Below, piece after piece: positions 1 through 11,490 of a stretch of 64,000 nucleotides of DNA. The stretch is taken from assembly GCF_037042905.1 (NCBI RefSeq), contig NC_087251.1, positions 10,852,001 through 10,916,000 of the forward strand, given 5' to 3'. The DNA comes from Lytechinus pictus (taxonomy: Eukaryota). Within the stretch, counting starts at the first letter, position 1, and each line of letters begins with the position of its first letter. The position numbers were made by a program, and so were the translations under genes. The notes below the pieces were generated by a model. It did not search any database and was not told the DNA's origin. It was given only the letters and a program-made list of their open reading frames with translations.

Positions 1-89
1 TTAGATAAAAATTAAAAACATACAACGGACATTAATAGAAAGATTGACAATTGATTCAAAAGACAGTGAATTAGCCCATCCCCGGAGCC

Positions 90-861
90 CATCTTCTCTG
101 GATTTCCTTACCTTTAACTGCATCGTCCCCAGCATATTTCCTTCAATCACGTCCTTTCATTCCATGTTCTCGTGACCAATATGTTTATGTCGGATATAAT
201 TTTGTAATTTCTATATAGGCCTACAATATGTAACTTGCTTTAATTTGTATGAAATATAGGCCTATCATTTTTATATATTAAGTTGTACAATAATTTGTAT
301 AATGTTCTGATCTTTGATTACTATATATATACATGCGCTATTATAATTTTAGTATAAAGGGCATCTCATTGTTGTTCTTGGTGAACCTCCCGTTACACCA
401 TCAATGTTAAAATTTGTGTTATTTGGTGAACGTCGTAATTTTGTTCTTATAGGAACATAATAAATTCCCCAAAATCATCTTCTCTGGATTTCCTTACCTT
501 TAACTGCATCGTCCCCAGCATATTTCCTTCAATCACGTCCTTTCATTCCATGTTCTCGTGACCAATATGTTTATGTCGGATATAATTTTGTAATTTCTAT
601 ATAGGCCTACAATATGTAACTTGCTTTAATTTGTATGAAATATAGGCCTATCATTTTTATATATTAAGTTGTACAATAATTTGTATAATGTTCTGATCTT
701 TGATTACTATATATATACATGCGCTATTATAATTTTAGTATAAAGGGCATCTCATTGTTGTTCTTGGTGAACCTCCCGTTACACCATCAATGTTAAAATT
801 TGTGTTATTTGGTGAACGTCGTAATTTTGTTCTTATAGGAACATAATAAATTCCCCAAAAT
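90..861. repeat. Tandem duplication, 2 x 386 bp (90-475, 476-861)
   Basis: catcttctctggatttcc... starts at 90 and again at 476. Both copies end ...ttccccaaaat. No differences seen by eye. Confidence 0.95.
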
Positions 862-979
862 CTGCAGGCCTACATGTATATGGCCCGAAAATGAAATATT
901 GATTAAAAAATGTCGAGAATATAGCTTTTTATTGTTCAAACTTTTCACTTTTTAATTCCCTTCACTAAGTTCACTTTAA

Positions 980-3108
980 TGTTAACCATCAATTTTTATT
1001 TCAGTTATTACATAAATTGAAATTCAAGGACTCACTTATTAATTGGATTAAAGTTTTGTATAATGATGCTTCCGGAAGAGTGATTAATAACGGTTGGATG
1101 TCACAAAATTTCAAAATAGAACAAGGTGTAAGACAAGGCTGCCCACTCTCAGCCTTACTGTTTTTATTAATTGCTGATGTTATGACAAGGAAAATAAAAC
1201 AAAACGATAATATTGAAGGAATCATTATTCCAGGAGAAAATGGAACCCAGTGTTCAGAAAAAGAAATCAAAATATCACAGCTTGCTGATGATGCAGTAAT
1301 TTTTGTGAGTTCTGTTAATTCTGGTAATATTGCGATAGAAGATATAAGGCAATTTGGAGAAATTGCAGGCCCTAAACTTAATATAACAAAAACTCATGCA
1401 ATGTCCATCTTCCCTCAAGATGAAACCTTAAGAGATATACAATGGACAAATGATCCAGTGAAATACCTTGGTATTTTTGTAGGTACAGATAAACGTAAAA
1501 AAGAAAGAATGAATTGGGATACAAAACTAGTTAAAATTCAATCTATAATGAACATCTGGAAAATGAGAAATTTAACTATATATGGCAAAATAGTAATACT
1601 TAAATCTTTGATAATATCACAAATTGTTTACCCTGCAACTGTAATACACGTGCCAAACAACCTGGCACGTGAATTAGAGAAAATGATGTATATATTTATT
1701 TGGGGCTCGAAAAAAGAAAAGATAAAACGAAATGTTTGTATTAATTCATTCAATAAAGGAGGATTAGAGATGATAGACTTAAATTCAAAATTATCTTCAT
1801 TAAAACTTTCATGGATTTCAAAATATTTAAAATATGATGATCAACCATGGATGTACTTGTTCAAATTTTGGACAGCAAAGATAGGACCGATGCCCTTGTG
1901 TCTCCGTTTCAATTGTTCGAAAAAAGATATGTCAATTGTATGTATGAAAAAGCAAATTCCATCCTTTTATACAGATCTATTATGCTCTTGGTATGACATA
2001 CGATTTACTGAATATCACAATATCAATATTATAAAACACGAAATTTTATGGTATAACAGTCATATAAAATTTGAAAGAAACCTTTTATATTTCAACAGAT
2101 GGTCCGACCACAATATCTTTTATGTTCACCAATTATTACGTAATCATGCCTGGAAACCTTCCGAAGAAATTTTTGAAATAGTAGCATGTAAATCACTTTT
2201 AGTCGAGTTTGAATATTCAAAGCTAAAAAGAGCTGTCCCAGCTGAATGGACTGACAAATGTGACACCTTATCTTCAAAGCTTCCAGAAGATCTTTTTGAA
2301 ATTAGTGGAGGAGATATTGTAAACTTAAAGAACATGAAATCAAAAGATTTTTATGTTTTACTTGTAACCAAAAAAAAGTCCGATCCACACATTATACAAT
2401 ACTGGCAATCTAAATTAGAATTACCAGTAAACTTTGATTGGCAAAATGTTTTTAATTTCAAACTAAAGTATTTAAAGTATAACAAGATTCGACAATACAA
2501 CTTGAAAATGCTTCACAATTTATTACCCTTTAAATTCAATCTATGTCGTTGGAAATTAGCTAATGACACATCTTGTATGTTCTGTGAAGCAGAAGAAACT
2601 TTTGTTCATATTATGTTAGAATGTAATCCTGTTGCCAATTTTTGGATAAAGATAAAGAATTCTCTGCAATTTATGTTTAAAATTGCAATCCCTATTAACG
2701 AAACGACGTTGTTCATTGGATACAAAATTCACGATCGCAAGTTTACGTTGATTAACTTGTTTATGATATTTGCACAGTATGCAATATACAAATCTTATGT
2801 CATGTATAAGATGCAAGGAAGAGCTTTTAATATATATTCAATTTGGTATGAGTTCAAGAAAGAGATACTTTTTAATGTAAAATGGCGATTTAAATCCAAT
2901 GTTCATTTAATTCAAATGTTCAAAGAGCTTTAACCCTATAGAGAAATTTCATCTTTATCACATTTTAGATTAAATTGTTGATGTCTATAACATGTTTATA
3001 TGTAACTTGTTTTGTAACTCTACACGCACTGTGCCTCGAAAGAAATTGTTAAAATGAGAAAGGAATATGAAGAATAAAGTACCTCTGAACGAGGAAAAGA
3101 AAAAAAAG
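980..3108 (+). mobile_element. 5'-truncated L1/Tx1-clade non-LTR retrotransposon with 13-bp TSD
   Basis: TSD aagttcactttaa at 967-979 and 3109-3121. AATAAA at 3073-3078 and an A-rich tail at ~3095-3108. Contains an RT ORF. Confidence 0.93.
981..2933 (+). CDS. L1/Tx1 ORF2 C-terminal part: reverse transcriptase plus CCHC zinc knuckle (5'-truncated, no genuine start)
   Basis: Frame is open from 981 (VNHQFLFQLLHKLKFKD...). RT motifs GVRQGCPLS, QLADD and KYLGI. C-terminal CMFC-x7-H-x4-C. Confidence 0.9.
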   Translation, partial: VNHQFLFQLLHKLKFKDSLINWIKVLYNDASGRVINNGWMSQNFKIEQGVRQGCPLSALLFLLIADVMTRKIKQNDNIEGIIIPGENGTQCSEKEIKISQLADDAVIFVSSVNSGNIAIEDIRQFGEIAGPKLNITKTHAMSIFPQDETLRDIQWTNDPVKYLGIFVGTDKRKKERMNWDTKLVKIQSIMNIWKMRNLTIYGKIVILKSLIISQIVYPATVIHVPNNLARELEKMMYIFIWGSKKEKIKRNVCINSFNKGGLEMIDLNSKLSSLKLSWISKYLKYDDQPWMYLFKFWTAKIGPMPLCLRFNCSKKDMSIVCMKKQIPSFYTDLLCSWYDIRFTEYHNINIIKHEILWYNSHIKFERNLLYFNRWSDHNIFYVHQLLRNHAWKPSEEIFEIVACKSLLVEFEYSKLKRAVPAEWTDKCDTLSSKLPEDLFEISGGDIVNLKNMKSKDFYVLLVTKKKSDPHIIQYWQSKLELPVNFDWQNVFNFKLKYLKYNKIRQYNLKMLHNLLPFKFNLCRWKLANDTSCMFCEAEETFVHIMLECNPVANFWIKIKNSLQFMFKIAIPINETTLFIGYKIHDRKFTLINLFMIFAQYAIYKSYVMYKMQGRAFNIYSIWYEFKKEILFNVKWRFKSNVHLIQMFKEL

Positions 3109-3695
3109 AAGTTCACTTTAAGTTAGATTTTTTTATTCGCTTTTTAGGGGGCCGTACACGTGTGTAATTAAAGTAACAAAGGTACCCTAGCAAATTCGCT
3201 TTAACATACTGATCAAAATAAAATACAGGTGGCGCGACCGGATCCCTCCTTGAAATGAAAATGAACATTACACATAATAAATGATTGTGATTTTATGCAC
3301 CCCATCACTTTCAAAATCATTCCGCGACGCCGTAGGCCTATAACATGATATAATAATTTTGTTCATCCATGGAAATCTTATTGTAAAAAAACCCCTGAAT
3401 AATCCCCCGGAAATAATCAAACTCAGGTCCATAGGCCAGCCAATGACATTAAAGGAAGAAAACTAGAAAATCAAATTCATATTATACTGTTAAAATGAAA
3501 AACAAAACTGAATATTCAAAACGCGTGTTTATAATTATGTACAGGCCGGTGCCTAAAAATATTTGCCATAAATTTCATTTATTCAAGCGACACAGACACA
3601 GTTAATTAACACAATTTCAAGGCAGGTATCAAATTTGTAATATCTTACTCCAAGTATTTGTCAGTTTTGCAATATTATTGTTCCATAATTATGTT

Positions 3696-3887
3696 CATAG
3701 GCGGCGGAAGCGGGGGGGGGGGGGACAGGTCCCCCCCTAAAATTGAGGTGGGGGGACGGTCCCCCCTCCCTAAATTTTTTGTTGATAAACTTTTTTTTTT
3801 TTTTTTGCTTGTCAATTTTTTTTTACCTGTGTCCATCACAATATTTCAGGTGGACTCCCCTAAATTTTGTGGCTTCCGCCGCCAGTG
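3696..3887. mobile_element. hAT-type MITE (192 bp), 8-bp TSD
   Basis: Termini cataggcggcggaagc / gcttccgccgccagtg. TSD attatgtt at 3688-3695 and 3888-3895. Related copy at 32515-32655. Confidence 0.85.
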
Positions 3888-5399
3888 ATTATGTTTGGTT
3901 TTAGTACTCACAATTTTGCAACCGTTTTCATAATTATAATAAGTTTATTAAGTTTGCATTAATCTCTTTAATGATATTGTTATTGGTTTTATACACTCTT
4001 GCAGTAGTAATAATGTTCTTTATAGTATAATACAAATTATATATCCTAATCCCGCCCCTTTTCTTCTCCTCTCCTTCTCCCCCTTCTTCCTCTCCTTATT
4101 ATTATATCCTTGATTTGTTCACATAATATTGGTCCAATCACTATAGGTTCAGAAACACCGGCGATAAACAGAAAATTTCAGTCAGTCTGCCGATCAGCAT
4201 AGTATTTCAGCCGGGGAGAATCAAGTCTAGACTTTCCAGAAAATCAAAGTGAAATTGTTTTATGTTGCGCATTGCGATTTGTTTACTTTCCGAAGTTTTG
4301 AAATGTTTGCAAGGCAAATTTAACACTGTAAACAGCATAAACCCCCCCCCCCTTTGGCCTCCTGTACATTGCAAAATTGTACGACTGCATGAGCGCATTT
4401 GATATGCAAATTTTGCTGTCAACAAACTTTTCTACATTGATCGCAAGTACATGAAGTAAGAAAGTAAATATGATATGGGATGGCTGCCAGCAAAGGAAAT
4501 CTAAATCATCAATTTTTAACTGAATCAATGCGTAAATCATTTTCAAATATCAATAAAAAGTCAGGTTTTTGTGATGTTGGTTACATCAGCGTGTAAGACA
4601 TGGGGAGAAGGGATCGAGTTAGGCCCTATTCTATGTATGATTTCTTTATGTAGATCTATATGGAAAATGAATTATAACAATTATCTAAAGTGAAGAAATA
4701 AATTATCAGCAATCAGTATAATAGTAATTAGGAAACTATACTTGAAAAAGTACAATCGTGTTTTTTTTTTTGATACCTTAGTGTCTCGGATGCGTCAGAC
4801 ACTGGCCTATGAATTTTCTTAGGTTAATTTCACCAAATCATATTAAGACATATTAAATTAGTTTATCAGGACCTAGGCCTAAATGTTATTTTTGATATTC
4901 ATCTCTTCCAAATTATTAGAAAATAGAAGTCATATTAATGTATCGAAATTTTACCAAAGCAAAAACAATTGGGACTGTAAATCGTTTGCCTTTATTATAG
5001 TTGTATATAATAGGCCTATTATTATGCGCTATAGATAGGCCTATATAGGCTTTTTGACCTCAGTTTTGCTAGATTTTTGTTGTTATTTGAACTTTAATCC
5101 AGTGCAATATTTACAATTTTGCTTTCGCGCTCATATGTCATCAATTTGTCCTGTTCTGTGCTCATCCGTGTACATGCCCCATAGGTACTGTACGCGCATG
5201 GCAGGCTGCGAAGACCTATCGAGCAATGGCGGCCGGTCTTCGCGTAATCACAGCGATTTGACGAAGTACGCCCTCTAGCGTTATTAGTATACATCTCTAT
5301 GTGTATAATGTATATTTACTTCCACTATTATTCAAAATATTGGTATCATTCATGAATCATGATGCCTAGTGAAAATTCACACATACTAATTCTTTTGGA

Positions 5400-6160
5400 T
5401 GGTTGGTTGGATGGTCTGTTGCAAATCTTGTGCTTCGAACTACTCCCTCAATTTTCAACCAATTTTTATGAATTTGGAACACACATTGGCCTTGTGCAAG
5501 ACATATTTTTTGTGTGTGTCAGAATTTTTGTTGCCATGGTATTGACGTTTTACGGCAAAAATTGGGTAAAAATCTTGGGGTTCAAACTATTTCATTAGTT
5601 TTCAACCAATTTTCATGAATTTTTGCTCACACATTGGTTTTGAGGTAAAGATATGTGAACACATTTTTGTGTGTGTCAGACATTGCATTGCCATGGTAAC
5701 AACATTATATGGTGAAAATTAGCTAAAAATCTTGCAGTACCAACTATGTACTTTTTAATCAATTCTCATGAAATTTACCACACACGTACATGTAGGTCTT
5801 GAGCCAAAGATGTGCAAAACACATTTACACATTTGTCAGATATTGTGTTGTCACAGTTGCATATTATAGCCCCCAAAACAGGAAAACTATTTGTGGATCT
5901 TACTACTTCCCCAGTTTTTGGCCAGTGCTCATGAAATTTGGCACCGACATTGGTCTTCTGGTAATAACATGCAATTATGTGTTTAAAATTGTGTTGCCAA
6001 GGTAACAGCTTTTTATTGCCAAAAACCCAGGAAAACTTCTTCCTCAGTTTTTACCATAAATTGCTCCAGAAATTAGGCACAAACATTCACTGTGGGTAAA
6101 GACATGCAAGATTAATTATCGAAGTGTGTTGGAAACTGCATTGCCTTGGTAACGACATAG
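5400..6160. repeat. Degenerate array of ~120-180 bp units, probably the interior of an old non-autonomous transposon
   Basis: Recurrent ttttcaaccaatt..atgaa(a)tttggcacacacattgg and ttgccatggtaac motifs, about 5 copies. Confidence 0.6.
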
Positions 6161-6268
6161 GGTGGGGGTATGAATCACCTACTGATTACATAATACCTGG
6201 GGAGTGCCTTTCCACACTGTCCGTCAGTTCACTACAACTTGTACTGCTTCATGTATTTTTTTTTAAAG

Positions 6269-6374
6269 AATGGATTCCAGTTGGAGAATGACTATGTTGC
6301 TGATGCTGTATTTCTTGATCTTCCATCTCCATGGAATGTCATACCTCATGCTAAGAAGGTCCTAAAATCATCAG
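6269..6374 (+). CDS. TRMT61A: TRMT61A penultimate coding exon
   Basis: Acceptor tttttaaag|, donor |gtatgc. Encodes [12 protein letters not shown]. Confidence 0.9.
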
Positions 6375-7520
6375 GTATGCATTATTAAATATTTTATATA
6401 GTGCCTTTCCATTAACATGCTCAAAGCGCTTTCAATAATATGACAAAAACTAAATTCTGCTCCCCAAGTGCTTACAAAAAATGTAAAGGAAATATTGAGA
6501 AAACGGATATGTCTTTAGCTTATTTTTTAATACCTTTTTTAAAACATATTTTTAAAAAGGGAGACTATTCCAGTCTGGGACCAGTGAAACTAATACATTG
6601 CTGAACTTTCTTGGAGTTCATTTAAGGGATTTGTTTAATAACAAAATGATCTGATCTAGAACATAATGAATAGTGAGATTTTTGGACTGGAAAAAATAAG
6701 CATGACATGTATTGAGGTGTCAGGTTATCTAAGGACATGTACTGTACACAAAGCAATTTCATAAGTAATTCTTTTATTTCACTTCATTTGACTTTTATTC
6801 TGACAAAGTAGTTGGTTAATACCATTTATTGCATTACATTGAAATGTTATTCATACATGTAGTTGTTTTAGCCATATTGCGCATTGCTTTTCATAATTTA
6901 CAATCAAGAATGACTACAAAGAACTAGTAAACACTTTGATGGACAGTTTGAAAGGAATAATATGAAAGGGTAAATACATGTTTATTAATTAGAGATTATT
7001 CTCCTTGACATACATGTAGATGGATATGCTTTAGGATATTTAATTTCACATCTCTTTCAACTTGTCATTTTATTCATGCAATTGTCTTCATTCTTTTCTT
7101 GCCTGCTTTTTTTCTTTTACCTCAATAGGGGGAAGGATATGCTCCTTTTCACCGTGCATTGAGCAAGTGCAACGAGTATGCCTTGAACTTGACCAGCTTG
7201 GGTTCTCTGATATCAAAACGGTAGAGTGTCTGATGCGTACACATGAAGTGAAAACGATCAACCTTACTTTACCAAACCTAGGACAACCCTGTATTAAGCC
7301 AGATGCCAGAGACCCCAAACCGGACAAGGACACTTTGGAAAGGACAGAAGGTGGTGCACGTTTAGTTGACCTTGGAGCAAACTATTCATTTGAAGAACCA
7401 GGGTCACAAAGCTCCACAGGAGATGGTACATATCCAAAAAAATGTGCAGTAGCTCCAAGATCATCACCAGGACATACTGGTTATCTAACATTTGCATCGC
7501 TTTACTCTTATCATGAATGA
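6269..7520 (+). CDS. TRMT61A: tRNA (adenine-58-N1)-methyltransferase catalytic subunit, 3' part (exons 6269-6374, 7129-7520; 5' exons not in window)
   Basis: Spliced product [53 protein letters not shown]...GHTGYLTFASLYSYHE* carries the Trm61/GCD14 motifs DAVFLD(L/I)PSPW, [10 protein letters not shown] and HTGYLTFA. GT-AG junction, phase 1 on both sides. Confidence 0.93.
7129..7520 (+). CDS. TRMT61A: TRMT61A last coding exon
   Basis: Polypyrimidine tract plus caatag|. Encodes [13 protein letters not shown]...HTGYLTFA. Stop TGA ends at 7520. Confidence 0.92.
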
Positions 7521-9220
7521 GGATACATTAATCTAGGAGTTGCTATGAATTTTGTTTAGATTTTTGCATTGTAAATCTTGTCTACTCAAAGGGCCTGGTA
7601 CTAATATTTATCTTGGACACATGAAGTCATCAAGTCAAACTTTGATAAGGTTGGTAAACAGGAATTTTGAGTTTTACAAATATTTATCAGCTGCAGGTAT
7701 GATTGTTTACATCTGGGTGCCAACTTTCAACCATTAATGTCACACCATCCAAAAAACATGGTAACTCATTCATCACTCTACAGATTTCAAAAATAAAGTT
7801 TGCAACTTCTAACTGCAGGTATTTGTAGCACATGACATGATGCTGACTAGTCTCATCTTGGGTACTTTGTCCACAGGCATTCTCTGTAGGCTTGGTGTAC
7901 TTAAGTTAGAGGTTAAGAAGTTAACCTTGGTGAGGTTAACCTCGAGGTTAAGTAAATTTGTTTTTTGTTCTTTACTCATGGAAATACATGTTCATGTTGG
8001 GTTTGGACATAACTGTTGAAGAATGTAGCTAATAGTAATAGTGAGTTGTTTTTATTCGATGCAAATCTCCAGCTATGCATCTTGGAAATTGTCAATTGGT
8101 CTTCACTCACTTACTTTGGTCTACTTTCCTTTTGGTCTCATCATTGGTACCATCCTACATGGTCTAATCCTAGTTTGTCTACAACTGGTTTTATATTGCC
8201 AGTTGGGCTATTTCAGTTTTGTCTAATATCCGCTTGGTCTAACACCATTTATTCTATGATTAGGTGAACTGTTTATGAACCAAGTTTTTATGTGACTAAA
8301 TGCAAAATTACAAGAAGACAAAATGAGTATTAGACAGAGTGATTGCTGCCTGCTGGACCGAACAGAATTAGATAAATTTAATTGTAGACCAATTGGGTAT
8401 GACTACAATGGTGTTTATAATCATAGAAATTGACCATCAGCTAGTAGACAAAGTGGATACAAATTAGCCTAATACAAATAACTGCATTTTGGATTCATCA
8501 CTTAATTCATAGTGCATAAAATTGAGATACCATGATATAAGCGCCCTTTTCAAAGAGAAAACTCTGGTGAGATTTTGATGTGCTTACTCCAACCCACATT
8601 ATGATGTCACTTCTTCCTTGTGATCCATAGAAATTTGGAGGAAGCTTAACAAATTTCCCACTATGCAAAATAAAAATAAAACAAAAAATGACCAGGCTTG
8701 AATTTTTAATGTTAGTAGCAGACATCATATGTGATTTCAGTTGTGTTATCCAAATGCACTCTCCACAAATTCCTTGTGCTGTAGCACCTTAAAGTGCACT
8801 GCATTCCCACTTTTAATGGTCTTTTAATTGTACAGGGTAAATATCATGAAATCATTTTGTCTGCTGCCTCCTAAATGTGGGACCTTCTGGTCTCTATTTT
8901 TAGTTATAAAAATTGAAACGGTCTCAAATGATAATGACTTCATAAAGCGAAGTAAGAATGGTAAAAATAATGATTTTGATCAGATGATTATTTTATGATA
9001 TTTTCAATATAATTTCACATAGTAATGCAGCACAAGAGCATCAATTTTGTAATTTAACCAATCATGTTGCATCTTGTTACTTTTCTAATTGTTATAACCG
9101 GTATTGTTGACTTTGTTGTCATTATCTTTGTCATATCCAGAGAAATCATGCGGCACTATTGCAGAGCATAGTTTGAGCTCTGGTAAAGCAAGTTGCTTTC
9201 ATTGTAATAAAACATAAGGC

Positions 9221-9395
9221 ATTATTATTATTATTATTATCTTTATTATTTTTATTATTATCTTTATTATATTTATTATTATTATTGATATTATTTCTAT
9301 TATTATTATCATTATTAGTAGCAGTATTATCATTATTGTTATTATTATTATCATCATCATCATTATCATTTATTACTATTATTATTATTATTGTT
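9221..9395. repeat. Imperfect (TTA/TCA)n microsatellite
   Basis: Direct trinucleotide run. It explains the Asn-rich minus-strand ORF. Confidence 0.95.
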
Positions 9396-9782
9396 GTATG
9401 ATTACTGAATTTACATAAGTTACCCACTCCCAATTAACTACATTTCACTCACTACAAAACTGTTTTTGTGTCATGCGGGTTGATGTACATCCTACCATTT
9501 GGTTTTGTTTTGTACAGTGTACCTACATTATCAAATTTTCCTTTGCTATTTCAAATGGGCGTTAGAGCCATAATGCCAGAAGTTTGATATACAAAAACAG
9601 GGTGAGAAAATCATATACTTGCTATTGGAAAGGATATTACTGTCAGTTTTGAAATTGTTGATCCTACCAAAGTTACCTTGTTTCAGGTCACTTGATAGCC
9701 CCCCCCCCCCCTAAAAAAAAGGGAATAAAATATGAAATAAATAAATAAATAAAATAAATAGACATCAGTGAAAAATCACAAA

Positions 9783-10438
9783 GAGTTGAGGCCAGAAGTT
9801 TACATACACCTGGGTAATTCAAAGAAAAGTTGACACTTTCCAAACATAAAATTTGCTGTATCTTATAAAGTATTTGTGCTATCATGATGAATTTGATATC
9901 AAACAAATGAGTATTTCATACCCCTTCATCATATTGCTTTGTCATCAGGAGCTGAAAATATTATATAAGTGTCATTTTTTCCCCAAAAATTCTTTATATT
10001 TTAGACAAATTAAAAATAAAAACTTGACAAAAATGTTTCAAATTTGTACTAGTTTCTTCTCAACACAAACATTTTAGATTACACTTTTCTGTTCAGTAGT
10101 GACATATCAAGATAGAAAATGTAATATAAATCATAGATTTGACATTTATATATTTCTATAAAATGATATTTGAAAATATAATAACAAACAATAGAATATA
10201 CATTTGGCACGAATATTACTCTTTTTTTCTTCAAAGGAAATTCCACGTGAAATATACATCAATCGCAACGGCATCCCAATTACATGCATGTAAAAGAGCC
10301 GAATATGCTCTTTCATTTGATACCAAATTTGTAATGGTAGTATTTATATTCCAGAAGATTAGTAAATTTTACGATGTTTGGCAAGCGAACAAATTTCACT
10401 GAATTCCATGGGTGTATGTAAACTTTTGGCCTCAACTG
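9783..10438. mobile_element. Non-autonomous Tc1-family element
   Basis: TIRs gagttgaggccagaagtttacatacacc / ggtgtatgtaaacttttggcctcaactg followed by TA. Resembles the cagttgaag..aagtttacatacac terminus of Tc1/Sleeping Beauty-type elements. Confidence 0.8.
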
Positions 10439-11490
10439 TATGTGGCTAATCTAGCCATTTAAAACCACTTGGGTTACTTTAGATTCAATGTCAACTGCTT
10501 ATAAATCAGATGATGTATAATAAATGAATGACATATTAATCTGATTATTCTAAATAAATTCTGTGAAAAATATTTATGAACATAATTCTTTTGATTTATT
10601 AATTTTATTTTCAATTTTGTGTTATATTCTCAATAATACTTGATTATATTTAAAATGATAAATCAGTAATTAAAATGAATAATTGAATATATATCAACTG
10701 TACAAGCTTTATGTTGAAAAATCCTAGGTATATAATTGATATTTTGATCATATGATATAAAGATGAGATGCGACGTCAGTAGTCTGAAGTCCTACAATGT
10801 TATATGTTATTATGCTTTGAAACCTTGAAAATTCTTCCCTTTGATAGGCTCCTCAACTCAGAATGATGATGTTGTGCGTGAGTGTTTAGTAGCCAAAGGA
10901 AAGAAATTGAGATTTCATGTGTATGCACTATGCAGCAAAAGTATAGTTTAAATAGAGAAAGAAAACTCGGACAAACAGAACACTAAAACTTTGATCAAAA
11001 TTGGACAAGGAATAACAAAGTTATGACGTTTAAATTTATTTGCATTATCTCGGTGAAAGAGTTCTATGCATGTCTTTATGAATATGCACACAAGTATGAA
11101 AATATGAAATAATTGTGATTTCATGTAATAACATAAGGAAAGGCAAGTGGGGATATGACATCATCAGCCCACTTGATGAATACTTATGACAATGTGCATA
11201 TGAATATTTTCACTAAATATGCTAAACTTTTAAAACTCGATAACTTCATAATTTCTTGTAAGCTTTCAATGAAAATTCAGCATTTTGGTCGGTGAAATTT
11301 ACTCTATTTTTAGATATGATTATTTTCAACCCCGAGTACCCCTTTAATGTGAATTTTGCAAGTTAGAACTTAGATGATAATGATTATCTGCTATTTATTA
11401 ATTTTGCTTTTATATAGCGCATGAGACAGAGGGACAATACAGCTTAACATCTTTTTTTTGTTGTTGCAAACACTATGTGGACGTAGAATG

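Noticed and set aside
1017..2933. Retron, DGR or group II intron reverse transcriptase
   Set aside because: Motifs, C-terminal CCHC knuckle, poly-A tail and TSD identify a eukaryotic L1/Tx1 LINE. The other RTs in the window are LINEs too.
9146..9433. Asn-rich 95-aa ORF
   Set aside because: Translation of a (TAA)n microsatellite.
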